Shown here piece by piece: positions 1 to 9,300 of a DNA stretch of 64,000 nucleotides. The notes under the pieces are model-generated. The model saw only the letters and a list, made by a program, of their open reading frames with translations. It searched no databases and was not told the DNA's origin. The translations under genes and the position numbers were made by a program. The stretch's first letter is position 1. Every line of letters starts with the position of its first letter. The stretch comes from a bacterium (GTDB lineage: Bacteria; SZUA-79; Acidulodesulfobacterales; Acidulodesulfobacteraceae), in NCBI GenBank assembly GCA_021812245.1, contig JAKAOK010000004.1:18223-82222 (forward strand). The letters run 5' to 3'.

Positions 1-234
1 GTTTTTGCCGCCGGTTGATAATATAAAATCTTTTATATAATTGAAGGAAGATAGGTTATGGCAGTCGTCGCAGACGTAATGATACCTATCCGACGAACAA
101 AAGATACTCCCCTTTTCTTTTTTGCCGCAATAAAAACAGGTCAATTCAAAGGCGGACGACAGATATTCAAGGGGATGTCCGCATATTAAGCAATTAGATT
201 TATGTTCCTGTTTCTGTTTTCTTAACTTATACAT
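1..234 (-). CDS. Cys-rich zinc-ribbon-like protein, N-terminal fragment (gene continues past the left edge)
   Basis: Not in the ORF track. Reverse-strand ATG at 232-234 overlaps the stop of ORF 222..542 and the frame stays open to base 1. Translation: MYKLRKQKQEHKSNCLICGHPLEYLSSAFELTCFYCGKKEKGSIFCSSDRYHYVCDDCHNLSSFNYIKDFILSTGGKN, with paired CxxC motifs. Confidence 0.45.
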   Translation of the reverse strand, partial: MYKLRKQKQEHKSNCLICGHPLEYLSSAFELTCFYCGKKEKGSIFCSSDRYHYVCDDCHNLSSFNYIKDFILSTGGKN

Positions 235-542
235 TTTTCTATTATCTCGTCGAAAGCGGAAACATCGGGATTAACGCCTTCATAGGCAACGGCTCCGGCT
301 TCCTTTAAGGCTGTTATAAAATCTTCGCCGGAAACATAAACGGTATTTGACGGCTCTATGGCCCTGCCTTTTATTATAACGCAAGGTCCGTCGGGGTCGC
401 TTTTATCTTTATACTCGGACGGAATTATAGAAATTTTAACGTTTTTAAAAGTGGAAATGATAAGCCAGACTACGGAAGAATACATTTTGCATCTTCCGTG
501 GGGCGGACACTTTGTGATAATTTTTATTTCGACGGGTTCCAT
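222..542 (-). CDS. small hypothetical protein, 106 aa
   Basis: ORF preceded by GGAGG (rc of 549-553) about 6 nt before the ATG. Its stop overlaps the start of the downstream Cys-rich ORF. No motif I can name with confidence. Confidence 0.5.
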   Translation of the reverse strand: MEPVEIKIITKCPPHGRCKMYSSVVWLIISTFKNVKISIIPSEYKDKSDPDGPCVIIKGRAIEPSNTVYVSGEDFITALKEAGAVAYEGVNPDVSAFDEIIEKCIS

Positions 543-585
543 TTTTTTCCTCCATTTAATTAATTATTCAATAATCAAGATTTAA

Positions 586-1491
586 TTACGGTTTAAACAC
601 GTAAAATACGCCTACAAAAACTAACAGGACCATTAGAACATATTTTAACATTTTTTCGTTTAAATGCCGTGAAATTTTTGGACCTAATATCGAACCTGCT
701 ATAACGCCGGCTAAGGTCGCCGACAGGATGGGAACGATTACCAGCACCCCCATTCTTATATAATTCGACACGCTGGTTAAAGACGAAATTAAAACCACCA
801 GAATGCTTATACCTGCCGCTAAAAAAACCGGAAGACCTACGACGTCCGTCAGAAACGGAACAATCAAAAATCCGCCGCCTACTCCAAAAATAGAAGATAT
901 CGTCGCTATTGCAAACCCTGTTATAAACAAAACGACCGGCGGGACGGAATAGTCCCTGTCCGCACATCTAAAATCGATTTTCTTAACGGAAAGTTTTACT
1001 ATCGAAGGATTACCGCGTTTACCGCCTTCCCCTGCCGGGACGGCATCCGCTCCGCCTTCTTTCTTACTCTGCTCAGGTTTTTTCTTTCTCTGTTTTAAAA
1101 TATTGTAAACCATTAAAGCGACGACTAAAAATGTCAGATACCCGAAGAGATATTTAAACGATTTAAGTTCAAAAAGATAGCTCTTGGAAAACCATGAGCC
1201 GAGTAAAGCGCCCAGAATAGCACCTGCGGCTATAATAAAGCCGATATAAAACAGAATGCTTTTTATCTGTTTGACCCTGTCCTGCCTTAAATAAATAGGA
1301 AGGGCGATAAGCGGCGAGACGATAATAAGAATCTGGCTCATTACCTTTACCGAATTGGCGGCATGAATATCTAAAACGGTAATAAATCCGAAACTTGCAA
1401 GGATTCCTCCGGCGGCTCCTACCGTGGAAAATACGAATCCGGTAAACAACGCCCATATAAAACCGGAAATATAATAAATTAACGCTCCCAT
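586..1491 (-). CDS. TSUP (TauE/SafE, DUF81) family membrane permease
   Basis: 301 aa, two hydrophobic halves each with G-rich motifs (VGAAGGIL, FGVGGGFLIVP) joined by a charged loop, typical of sulfite-exporter TauE/SafE family proteins. Confidence 0.8.
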   Translation of the reverse strand: MGALIYYISGFIWALFTGFVFSTVGAAGGILASFGFITVLDIHAANSVKVMSQILIIVSPLIALPIYLRQDRVKQIKSILFYIGFIIAAGAILGALLGSWFSKSYLFELKSFKYLFGYLTFLVVALMVYNILKQRKKKPEQSKKEGGADAVPAGEGGKRGNPSIVKLSVKKIDFRCADRDYSVPPVVLFITGFAIATISSIFGVGGGFLIVPFLTDVVGLPVFLAAGISILVVLISSLTSVSNYIRMGVLVIVPILSATLAGVIAGSILGPKISRHLNEKMLKYVLMVLLVFVGVFYVFKP

Positions 1492-1839
1492 AAGCTATTC
1501 CTCCGTTTAATGCATTACATTAAAATTACATTTTTATAAATGTAAAATGCGGATAATCCGTAGAATTTGCTTATGGGGAAGCCGACCTGACTCCCGTAAT
1601 TATTCAGTTAATATACATATAATCGATATAAAATAATTTTTAATTATGCCTTTAATTTGATTTTATTTAGAATTATATCATAATAAATATTAAATTTTAA
1701 CAAATTAAAGACTTTGTTTACGGGAGAATCTCTGAGGAAGAATATGACAGCCGTTAAGTCTTGAAAAATTACCGCGGCGGCGGAATTTTTTAGAAGGGGG
1801 CACCCCCTTCTAATCCTCCATTAGATATTAAATAATGGA

Positions 1840-1954
1840 CCCAAATCCCGATTTAGAAATTTTTATATATGAATTACCTGAATTACTTAATAACGGGTTC
1901 TCACAATGACGGAATATTAGAATTTATTAAATATTTTCTAAATCGGGATTTGGG
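1840..1954. mobile_element. MITE-like element (115 bp) with IS1380-type terminal inverted repeats
   Basis: Ends CCCAAATCCCGATTTAGAAAT ... TTTCTAAATCGGGATTTGGG match the TIR of the IS at 20184..21796. Flanked by direct repeat ATGGA (1835-1839 and 1955-1959). No coding capacity. Confidence 0.7.
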
Positions 1955-2140
1955 ATGGATATTTTCATTGACTTAAAATTAACGGTATTGTATAAAAAAT
2001 ATAAAGGGATTAATTGCTGATTTTAGCGTTCGATTAGAAACGGAATACGCAAAAGATATGATGACGGTAAAAAAGCGGCTTAATTTATGATAATTTAATT
2101 CCTGAAATATATTATATTATTATATGTGGGGATTTTAATT

Positions 2141-2923
2141 ATGAATGTCGATTTAAAAGGTAAGAGAGCTTTAATTACGGGCGCAAGTTCAGGACTCGGC
2201 GAGGTTATTGCCAGAGAATTTGCAGCCGATGGGGCAAAGATAGGCCTTAACTACCATTCGGAAGCGGAAGCAGCCGGGAAAATTGCCTCAGGGATAAGAA
2301 AAAACGGGGGTGCCGTGCTTACTTTGCAGTCCGATGTTTCGGATGCGGGTTCGGTTGAAGCAATGATAAATGCTTTTGTAAAAGAATGGGGCGGAATAGA
2401 TGTTCTCGTAAATAATGCCGGAATCGACGGGGTTCGCTCTCTTGTGTGGGAATCCGATATACCCGAGTGGGAAAAGGTAGTAAAAATTAACCTATTCGGA
2501 CCATTTTATTGTTCTAGAGAGGCTTTAAAATATATGGTAACCCAAAAAAGCGGCGTAATATTAAATATTACCTCAGTCCATGAAAATATTCCATGGAGCG
2601 GCTATAGCAGTTATACCGCCGCAAAAGCGGGTTTATCTATGTTGACGAAAACTATGGCTCAGGAAGTCGGCTCCTTAGGAATAAGAATAATATCTTTAGC
2701 TCCCGGCGCAATTAAAACGCCTATTAATCAAAGCGTCTGGGGTAATCCCGAAACCCTTGGCAATCTTCTTAAAAAAATACCGCTTGGAAGAATGGGAGAA
2801 TGTGAAGAAGTAGCCCGGGTAGCCGCTTTTTTGGTTTCCGATTACGCTTCTTATGTAACAGGAAGCACAGTATTTGTGGATGGAGCAATGATCGATTATG
2901 CTAATTTTACACATGGGGGCTGA
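2141..2923 (+). CDS. SDR-family oxidoreductase (glucose 1-dehydrogenase-like)
   Basis: TGASSGLG cofactor motif, NNAG, and catalytic S...YxxxK (YSSYTAAK). ATG at 2141 is preferred over the track's GTG at 2126 because GGGGA lies about 9 nt upstream. Confidence 0.85.
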   Translation: MNVDLKGKRALITGASSGLGEVIAREFAADGAKIGLNYHSEAEAAGKIASGIRKNGGAVLTLQSDVSDAGSVEAMINAFVKEWGGIDVLVNNAGIDGVRSLVWESDIPEWEKVVKINLFGPFYCSREALKYMVTQKSGVILNITSVHENIPWSGYSSYTAAKAGLSMLTKTMAQEVGSLGIRIISLAPGAIKTPINQSVWGNPETLGNLLKKIPLGRMGECEEVARVAAFLVSDYASYVTGSTVFVDGAMIDYANFTHGG

Positions 2924-2956
2924 TTAATTTAATTAATTTTAAAATTTAAGAGGTGC

Positions 2957-5332
2957 ATGAGGATGTCAGAGTCAATTTTTGCTCCGGGATGGCCGGGGAT
3001 CCCGGGAAGATGGACAGGAGCCAATAAAAGCGGGGTCGGAACCGCCTTTAAAGGAAGCCCCGTCTGGTTTACTATTTCCCACGGCATCTTGAATGAAGTA
3101 TATTCTCCAAGAATAGACGAGGCCGCCATCCGCGACCTCGGTTTTATTATTACGACAGACGGCGGTTTTTTTTCCGAAGAAAAACGACACGCCGTTCATT
3201 CATCGTCGCTTTTTTATGCAGGCGTTCCCGCTTATCATCTCGAAAGTGTCTGCGACAGGGGATATTATCGCTTCGAAAAAGATATTATAACCGATCCCGA
3301 TAGACCCGTAGTTCTTATAAGAGGAAAGTTTACTCCATTAAAACCCGGAAATTACAGGCTTTATGTAATTACGGGTTCGCATATCGGCAATTACGGCGCA
3401 GGCAATACGGCATGGGTTAGCGATTACAAAGGAATTACGGGGCTTTTTGCTTCCCGTCACAACACTTCCCTCTGTCTTATGAGCAATACCGGTTTTAAAG
3501 CCTGTTCGGTAGGTTTTGTCGGATTTTCCGACGGCTGGCAGGATTTAATAAAGCACGGTAATCTCAGCGCGCTTTATACAAGAGCGGAAAATGGCAATGT
3601 GGCGCTTACCGGCGAAATAGATATTAAAAACAATACTTTTGTTTTAGCGCTTGGATTTGGACGCAATCCCTCGGAAGCCGCACAACAATCGAGGGCATCT
3701 CTTAATGAGGGCTTTCAAAGCCTTCTTGATTCTTATAGCGGAACATGGGAAGAGTTCTGGCAGAAGCAAAAACCGGTTTCCTATGCCGAAAAGCACAAAC
3801 TTTTTTCGATAAGCGCCATGGTTATCCTTATCCACAGTTCTAAATATGTTCCGGGAGCTATTCTTGCAAGCCTTGCCGTACCGTGGGGCTTTTCCAAGGG
3901 CGACGGAGATCTTGGCGGTTATCACCTGATTTGGCCGCGTGATATGGTACAGTCCGCAGGCGGTCTTATCGCCGCAGGCATTAAAACGGAAGTGATGGAT
4001 TTTCTCGTTTATCTTGAATCGACTCAGGAATTGGACGGGCATTGGCCGCAAAATATGTGGATTGACGGTTTTCCGTATTGGAGCGGCATCCAGATGGATG
4101 AAACAGCCTTGCCCATTCTGCTTTTTGACCTTGCCCGCAGGGAAACGGCGCTTTTAGAGAGCGATATTTACCGTTTTTGGCCCATGATAAAAAAAGCCCT
4201 CGGTTATATCGTTAAAAATGGGCCCGTCACCCAACAGGACCGCTGGGAAGAAAACGGAGGATATACCCCTTTTACTCTTGCAGCCGAAATTGCCGCTCTT
4301 ATAACCGGCGCCGAAATTGCCGAATTAGCAGGCGAAGAAGGTGCCGCTCCTTATCTGCGTGAAACCGCAGACGCATGGTATTCATGCATTGACCGCTGGC
4401 TTTATGTGAAAGGCGGGGAATTTGCAGACAAAACAGGGGTTGAAGGTTATTATGTCAGGGTTACTCCTCCTGATTTTGAAGAAGGCGACGATACTATTCG
4501 CATTAAAAACCGTCCTCCCGCTTCCTGTTATCCTCACGTTGCCTCCGTGGTATGCACCGATGCCTTAGCTTTGGTTCGTTTTGGGTTAAGAAATGCAGAC
4601 GACTCGCGAATACTTAACACATTAAAGGTTATAGACGCTTTGCTTAAAGTGGAAACTCCTTCGGGACCCTGCTGGCATAGGTACAACGGGGACGGCTACG
4701 GCGAACACGAAGACGGAAGCCCATTTGACGGTACCGGCAGAGGCCGGCTATGGCCTTTGCTTACCGGCGAACGCGCCCACTATGCAATAGCCGCCGGAAA
4801 TTTCAAAGAGGCGGAGCGTTTGCTCAAAACTATGGAAGGTCTGGCAGACGGCATCGGACTTTTGCCCGAACAGGTATGGGACAGCCCCGACATACCTAAG
4901 CGGGGGCTTTTTTTCGGCCGTCCGACGGGGTCGGCGATGCCTTTGGTATGGGCTCATGCAGAATATTTAAAACTTGTTCGTTCGCTCACGGAAGAAAGGG
5001 TGTTCGATATGCCTCCCCAAACGGTTTTTCGTTACCTTAAAAACGGCGCAACATCCAATATTATGCAATGGCGCTTTAATCATAAACTGCATAACATACC
5101 GCAGGGTAAAATATTGCGTATCGAAACTCTCTCCCCCGCTTTGGTTCGCTGGAGCGATGACGGCTGGCATACGGTTAAAGATACGCAAACGCAAGACTCA
5201 GGTTTTGGTGTTTATTATACCGATTTACCATCTTCTAATATTCCTGAGGACGGTGAAATAGCTTTTACATTTTATTGGATAAATGCTAACCGTTGGGAAG
5301 GAAATGATTTCCATATACGAATAAAAACTTAA
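2957..5332 (+). CDS. glycoside hydrolase family 15 protein (glucoamylase/glucodextranase/trehalase family)
   Basis: 791 aa with bacterial GH15 N-terminal beta-sandwich plus (alpha/alpha)6 catalytic region motifs (LIWPRDM, QQDRWEENGG). The start may be the second ATG at 2963. Confidence 0.85.
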   Translation: MRMSESIFAPGWPGIPGRWTGANKSGVGTAFKGSPVWFTISHGILNEVYSPRIDEAAIRDLGFIITTDGGFFSEEKRHAVHSSSLFYAGVPAYHLESVCDRGYYRFEKDIITDPDRPVVLIRGKFTPLKPGNYRLYVITGSHIGNYGAGNTAWVSDYKGITGLFASRHNTSLCLMSNTGFKACSVGFVGFSDGWQDLIKHGNLSALYTRAENGNVALTGEIDIKNNTFVLALGFGRNPSEAAQQSRASLNEGFQSLLDSYSGTWEEFWQKQKPVSYAEKHKLFSISAMVILIHSSKYVPGAILASLAVPWGFSKGDGDLGGYHLIWPRDMVQSAGGLIAAGIKTEVMDFLVYLESTQELDGHWPQNMWIDGFPYWSGIQMDETALPILLFDLARRETALLESDIYRFWPMIKKALGYIVKNGPVTQQDRWEENGGYTPFTLAAEIAALITGAEIAELAGEEGAAPYLRETADAWYSCIDRWLYVKGGEFADKTGVEGYYVRVTPPDFEEGDDTIRIKNRPPASCYPHVASVVCTDALALVRFGLRNADDSRILNTLKVIDALLKVETPSGPCWHRYNGDGYGEHEDGSPFDGTGRGRLWPLLTGERAHYAIAAGNFKEAERLLKTMEGLADGIGLLPEQVWDSPDIPKRGLFFGRPTGSAMPLVWAHAEYLKLVRSLTEERVFDMPPQTVFRYLKNGATSNIMQWRFNHKLHNIPQGKILRIETLSPALVRWSDDGWHTVKDTQTQDSGFGVYYTDLPSSNIPEDGEIAFTFYWINANRWEGNDFHIRIKT

Positions 5333-6078
5333 TTTTTAAATATATTATAAGGGTCGTGTTCAAAATGGTAAATTTTGGCAACTTCTATTTTGAGCCATGG
5401 AGCCCATTTGCTAAGTATAAAAAGAGCAATAAAGACGCCGGCGAACGGACCTATCCAATATACCCACCACCCGCTCCACATTCCAGATACCAAAGACGGC
5501 CCCAGACTGCGTGCGGGATTAGTACTTGTTCCAGAAATAGGCGCTTCAAAATAAACCATGACGGCATATAAAAATGGAAAAAGAGCCGGGGTATAAGGTC
5601 TTAATTTTTTATGCCCCAGAAAGAAAAAAAGACCCGCAATTAAAAAGAGTGTGGTTATAGATTCTCCGATAACTGCGGCAAGAACACCTGCTTTTCCGGG
5701 AAAAGTAGCTCCGTAGAATATCCCCTTTCCTAATTTTCCCCATGCGAGAAGAGCGGCGGCACCGGCAATGCCGCCAAGAATCTGAGATATGACATAGCCT
5801 AAAGCTATATAAGTTTTTATTTTTCCTTTTAACCAAAATGAGAGTGTTACTGCCGGATTAATATGGGCGCCGCTCCATTTGCCGACAGGCGAAAATGTAA
5901 TTAACATTCCCGTGCTTCCGAACAAAAAGCCGGTAATAATACGCCTTAATCCGGCGTTTGGAATCATTGCCGGTATAGGGCTTCCTTTGGCAAAATCAAG
6001 AATAACAAAAGAAACGCCTATACTTATAAGCAGCGCCGTTCCTATAAATTCAGAAAGATATAATCTCCATATTTTCAT
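5329..6078 (-). CDS. MIP-family channel (aquaporin / glycerol facilitator)
   Basis: Two NPA boxes (HINPAVT and STNPARS) and six predicted TM segments. Stop codon overlaps the convergent GH15 stop. Confidence 0.9.
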   Translation of the reverse strand: MKIWRLYLSEFIGTALLISIGVSFVILDFAKGSPIPAMIPNAGLRRIITGFLFGSTGMLITFSPVGKWSGAHINPAVTLSFWLKGKIKTYIALGYVISQILGGIAGAAALLAWGKLGKGIFYGATFPGKAGVLAAVIGESITTLFLIAGLFFFLGHKKLRPYTPALFPFLYAVMVYFEAPISGTSTNPARSLGPSLVSGMWSGWWVYWIGPFAGVFIALFILSKWAPWLKIEVAKIYHFEHDPYNIFKN

Positions 6079-6167
6079 TGGTTAAGCTTTAATTGCAAAC
6101 AAAATTAAGATGTTCTAATTAAAATTATAACAATCTTTGTTAATTTATTAAAACCATTTTATCCGGA

Positions 6168-6327
6168 CCCTAATCCCGATTTAGAAATTATTTAAAGAAA
6201 TTCCAAGAACCCGCCATTGCGAGCGCAGCGAAGCAATCTAAAACAAGATTGCTTCGCTGCGCTCGCAATGACATTATTAAGTGATTCAGGCAATTCATAT
6301 ATAAAAATTTCTAAATCGGGATTAGGG
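6168..6327. mobile_element. MITE-like element (160 bp), variant TIR CCCTAATCCCGATTTAGAAAT, carrying a nested palindrome
   Basis: Inverted ends at 6168-6188 and 6307-6327, direct repeat TCCGGA at 6162-6167 and 6328-6333. Internal sequence is the reverse orientation of the 56764 element. Confidence 0.7.
6215..6270. repeat. perfect 24-bp-stem palindrome (CATTGCGAGCGCAGCGAAGCAATC / 8-nt loop / reverse complement)
   Basis: Read directly. The same unit recurs at 13378-13405, 19890-19915, 56840-56908 and 60692-60789. Confidence 0.85.
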
Positions 6328-6381
6328 TCCGGATAACATATTATATGATATATGATATATAATTATTAATAATTATAAGAT

Positions 6382-9300
6382 TTATTTAATATTGCCTGAA
6401 TTTATTTGCCCGATTTCCCATTTTTTCCAAATAAGGTATAATATCGGCAACAAAAGCAGGTTAAGTATCGTAGCCGTGATCATCCCGCCGACCATAGGCG
6501 ACGCTATGAATTTTGTCATTCTTGCTCCAGTGCCGTAGGCGAACATTGCCGGAAGAAGTCCGATAATGATGGACATTGCCGTCATAACGATAGGGCGGAG
6601 CCTTATTATCGAGCCTTTAATTACTATCTGCTCTATGTCGGCGCCGGCTTCGTAATAATTATGGAACGTAAGTTCCAGTACGGAAATCATAACCACCCCT
6701 ATTTCCGTCGATACCCCCATTGCGGCGATGATGCCTACCCAAACGGCGATGGACACCGTTATATGCATAAGATAGAGATACCAGAATGCCCCGAGTAACG
6801 CAAACGGTATTGAAAAAAGCGCCATAAGCGATAACGGGATAGATTTAAAGTTAAAATATATCAGAAGAAAGATAATAAATATAGTTATGGGAATTATAAC
6901 CATAAGCTTGCTATTTGCCCTCTTGAGCGATTTGTATTCGCCGCTTATGGAATATGTGTAGCCTTTAGGAAACTTAACATACTTATTAATCATATTTTTG
7001 GCGTTTTTAGCCCATAATACCATATTTGGGGTATTCAATGTTATATCAACCGTGTCGTCGGGCGTTCCGCCCTGTGAAGATACGAAGGACGGACCCAGTT
7101 CGTATTTTATGTCGGCAATTTCATTAAGCGGTATAAATCCGCTATCGGTTTTTACCAGTATGTTTCCAAGAGATTTTAAATTATTTCTATAAGCATAAGG
7201 GTATCTGACCGAAAGCGGATAACGGGCTAATCCGTCGTAAATAGTGCTTATCGTTTTACCGCCGGCAGAGGAAGCTACCGCCTCATTTACACTTTTAAGC
7301 GTAATACCGTAAAAACCCATAGCCCTCGGCTTTGGCTTAATCACTATGTAAGGTCTGTTATAAACCCTTTCGGCATATGCGCTTAAAGTTCCTTTTACCA
7401 TTGAAACGGCTCCCGCTGTTTTTTCCGCCAATTTTTGCAAGATTTTTACATTGGAACCGTATATCTTTATTCCTATCGGCGTCCTTAAACCGGCGGACGT
7501 CATTTCTATCCTGTTTTTAATGGGCATCGTCCATACGTTTTCGAGGCCGGGTATATTTAACGCTTTATTCATTTTGTTTATAAGTTTTCCGACCGTCATT
7601 CCCTCCGGCCAGTATTTCCTTCTTTTTAAAACTATCGTCGTTTCAGTCATATTTAAAGACGCCGGGTCGAAAGCCGTATTTGCCCTTCCCGCTTTTCCGG
7701 TTACCATTTTTACTTCAGGAAATTTTTTAATGAGCCTGTCTTCTATCTGTAAAAGCTGCGCCGCATCCGTATAGGAATAACCCGGAGTCGAGGAAGGCAT
7801 ATATAAAAGCGTTCCTTCGTTTAGGGGCGGCATAAACTGCGAACCGAGCCGGCTGTATGCAAAGTATCCGCTTGCCAAAACAACAGAAAGCAGGATTAAA
7901 AATACGGCTTTATGTTTCATAATGAATTTTAAAATAGGTGAGTATAAGAAAACTAAAAACCTGTTTAAGGGATTTTTATCTAATGGCATTATCCTGCCTT
8001 TAATTAAATAAACCATAAGAATAGGCACAAATATAACCGAAATGACGGCGGCAAAAAGCATGGAAAATGTTTTAGTATAAGCCAACGGTCTAAACAATGC
8101 GCCTACTTCGCCGGTTAAAAAGAAAATCGGCAAAAATCCGACCGCTATAATAATAAGCGAATAAAAAAGCGGACGCCCCATCTCTTTTGCGGAATCTACG
8201 ATAACGAGTTTTCTCGCTTTGTTTTTATCCTCCATATCTCCGTAAGGAGAAATTTCGGGAGTGTTTTCTAAAATTTCAAGATGGGAATGAGAGTTTTCAA
8301 TCATAACTATAGCGGAATCCGTCATTGCGCCTATCGCAAGGGCTATACCGGATAAAGACATTATATTTGCGCTTATATGAAGCATATACATTAGCAAAAA
8401 TGCCCCCAGAATAGCAAAGGGAATCATAATAACGATAACTAAAGACGACCTTAAATGGAACAAGAAAAGCATTATAACGAATATGACTATTAAAACTATC
8501 ATTATAAGCGTAGTTTTGAGCGTTGAGACGGAACGGCGAATCAACGTACTCTGGTCGTATGTGGTGATAATCTTAGCCCCCTTCGGAAGGGAATTTTTAA
8601 TCTTTTTAAGTTTATTTTTTACGGCGGCTATTACTTTAAGCGTGTCCGCGCCCTGGTCTTTTATTATTACCCCGCCTATCATCTGCCCATTGCCGTTTAA
8701 ATCGGAAATAGAACGGCTTGAAGCAGGCACTAATTGAACCGTTCCTATGTTTTTTATTAGAATAGGCGTGTGCTTGGACGTTGAACCGACGACGATGTTT
8801 CTTATCTGTTTCGGATTATGAAGATAACCTCTTACATAGATTAAATGGCTGACTCCCGACGAAGAGTTTATGACCCTTGCTCCCGTGTCGGAGTTTGAAG
8901 ATTTTAAACTGCTTATTACTTGGGATAACGATAAATCGTAATACTGAAGAGCTCTTGGATTAACGGTAACCTGATATTCCTTATTCCAGCCGCCGTAGGT
9001 TGCAACCTGAGCAACTCCCGGAACTGTTTCCAAAGCATATCTGAGAAAATACTCCTGATAAGAATATAAATCGGCTAAACTTTGGTTATGCGTTTTATCT
9101 ATTATTGCATATTGATAAACCCAACCCACGCCGTTTGCATAAGGACTTAAAACAGGCGAAACTCCTGAAGGAAGCAGTTTTTTTGCCTGAGAAAGATAAG
9201 TCAGTATCTGCGCCCTAGCCCATCCTAACGATGTCCCTCTTTTAAATACGACAGTAACAAAAGATGTGCCGTACATAGAGTTTCCCCTAACCTCTTTAAC

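Noticed and set aside
593-1456. Arg-rich ORFs 593..967 and 1169..1456 on the same strand as the TSUP gene
   Set aside because: They are alternative frames of the TSUP coding sequence, with Arg/Ser/Gly-rich nonsense-like translations. The TSUP frame has the membrane-protein signature.
1840-6327. MITE pairs acting as composite transposons around SDR-GH15-aquaporin (1840/6168) or the cus-like operon (6168/13333)
   Set aside because: Each MITE carries its own matching target duplication (ATGGA/ATGGA, TCCGGA/TCCGGA, TTAAT/TTAAT). This indicates independent insertions rather than movement of the intervening segment as a unit.
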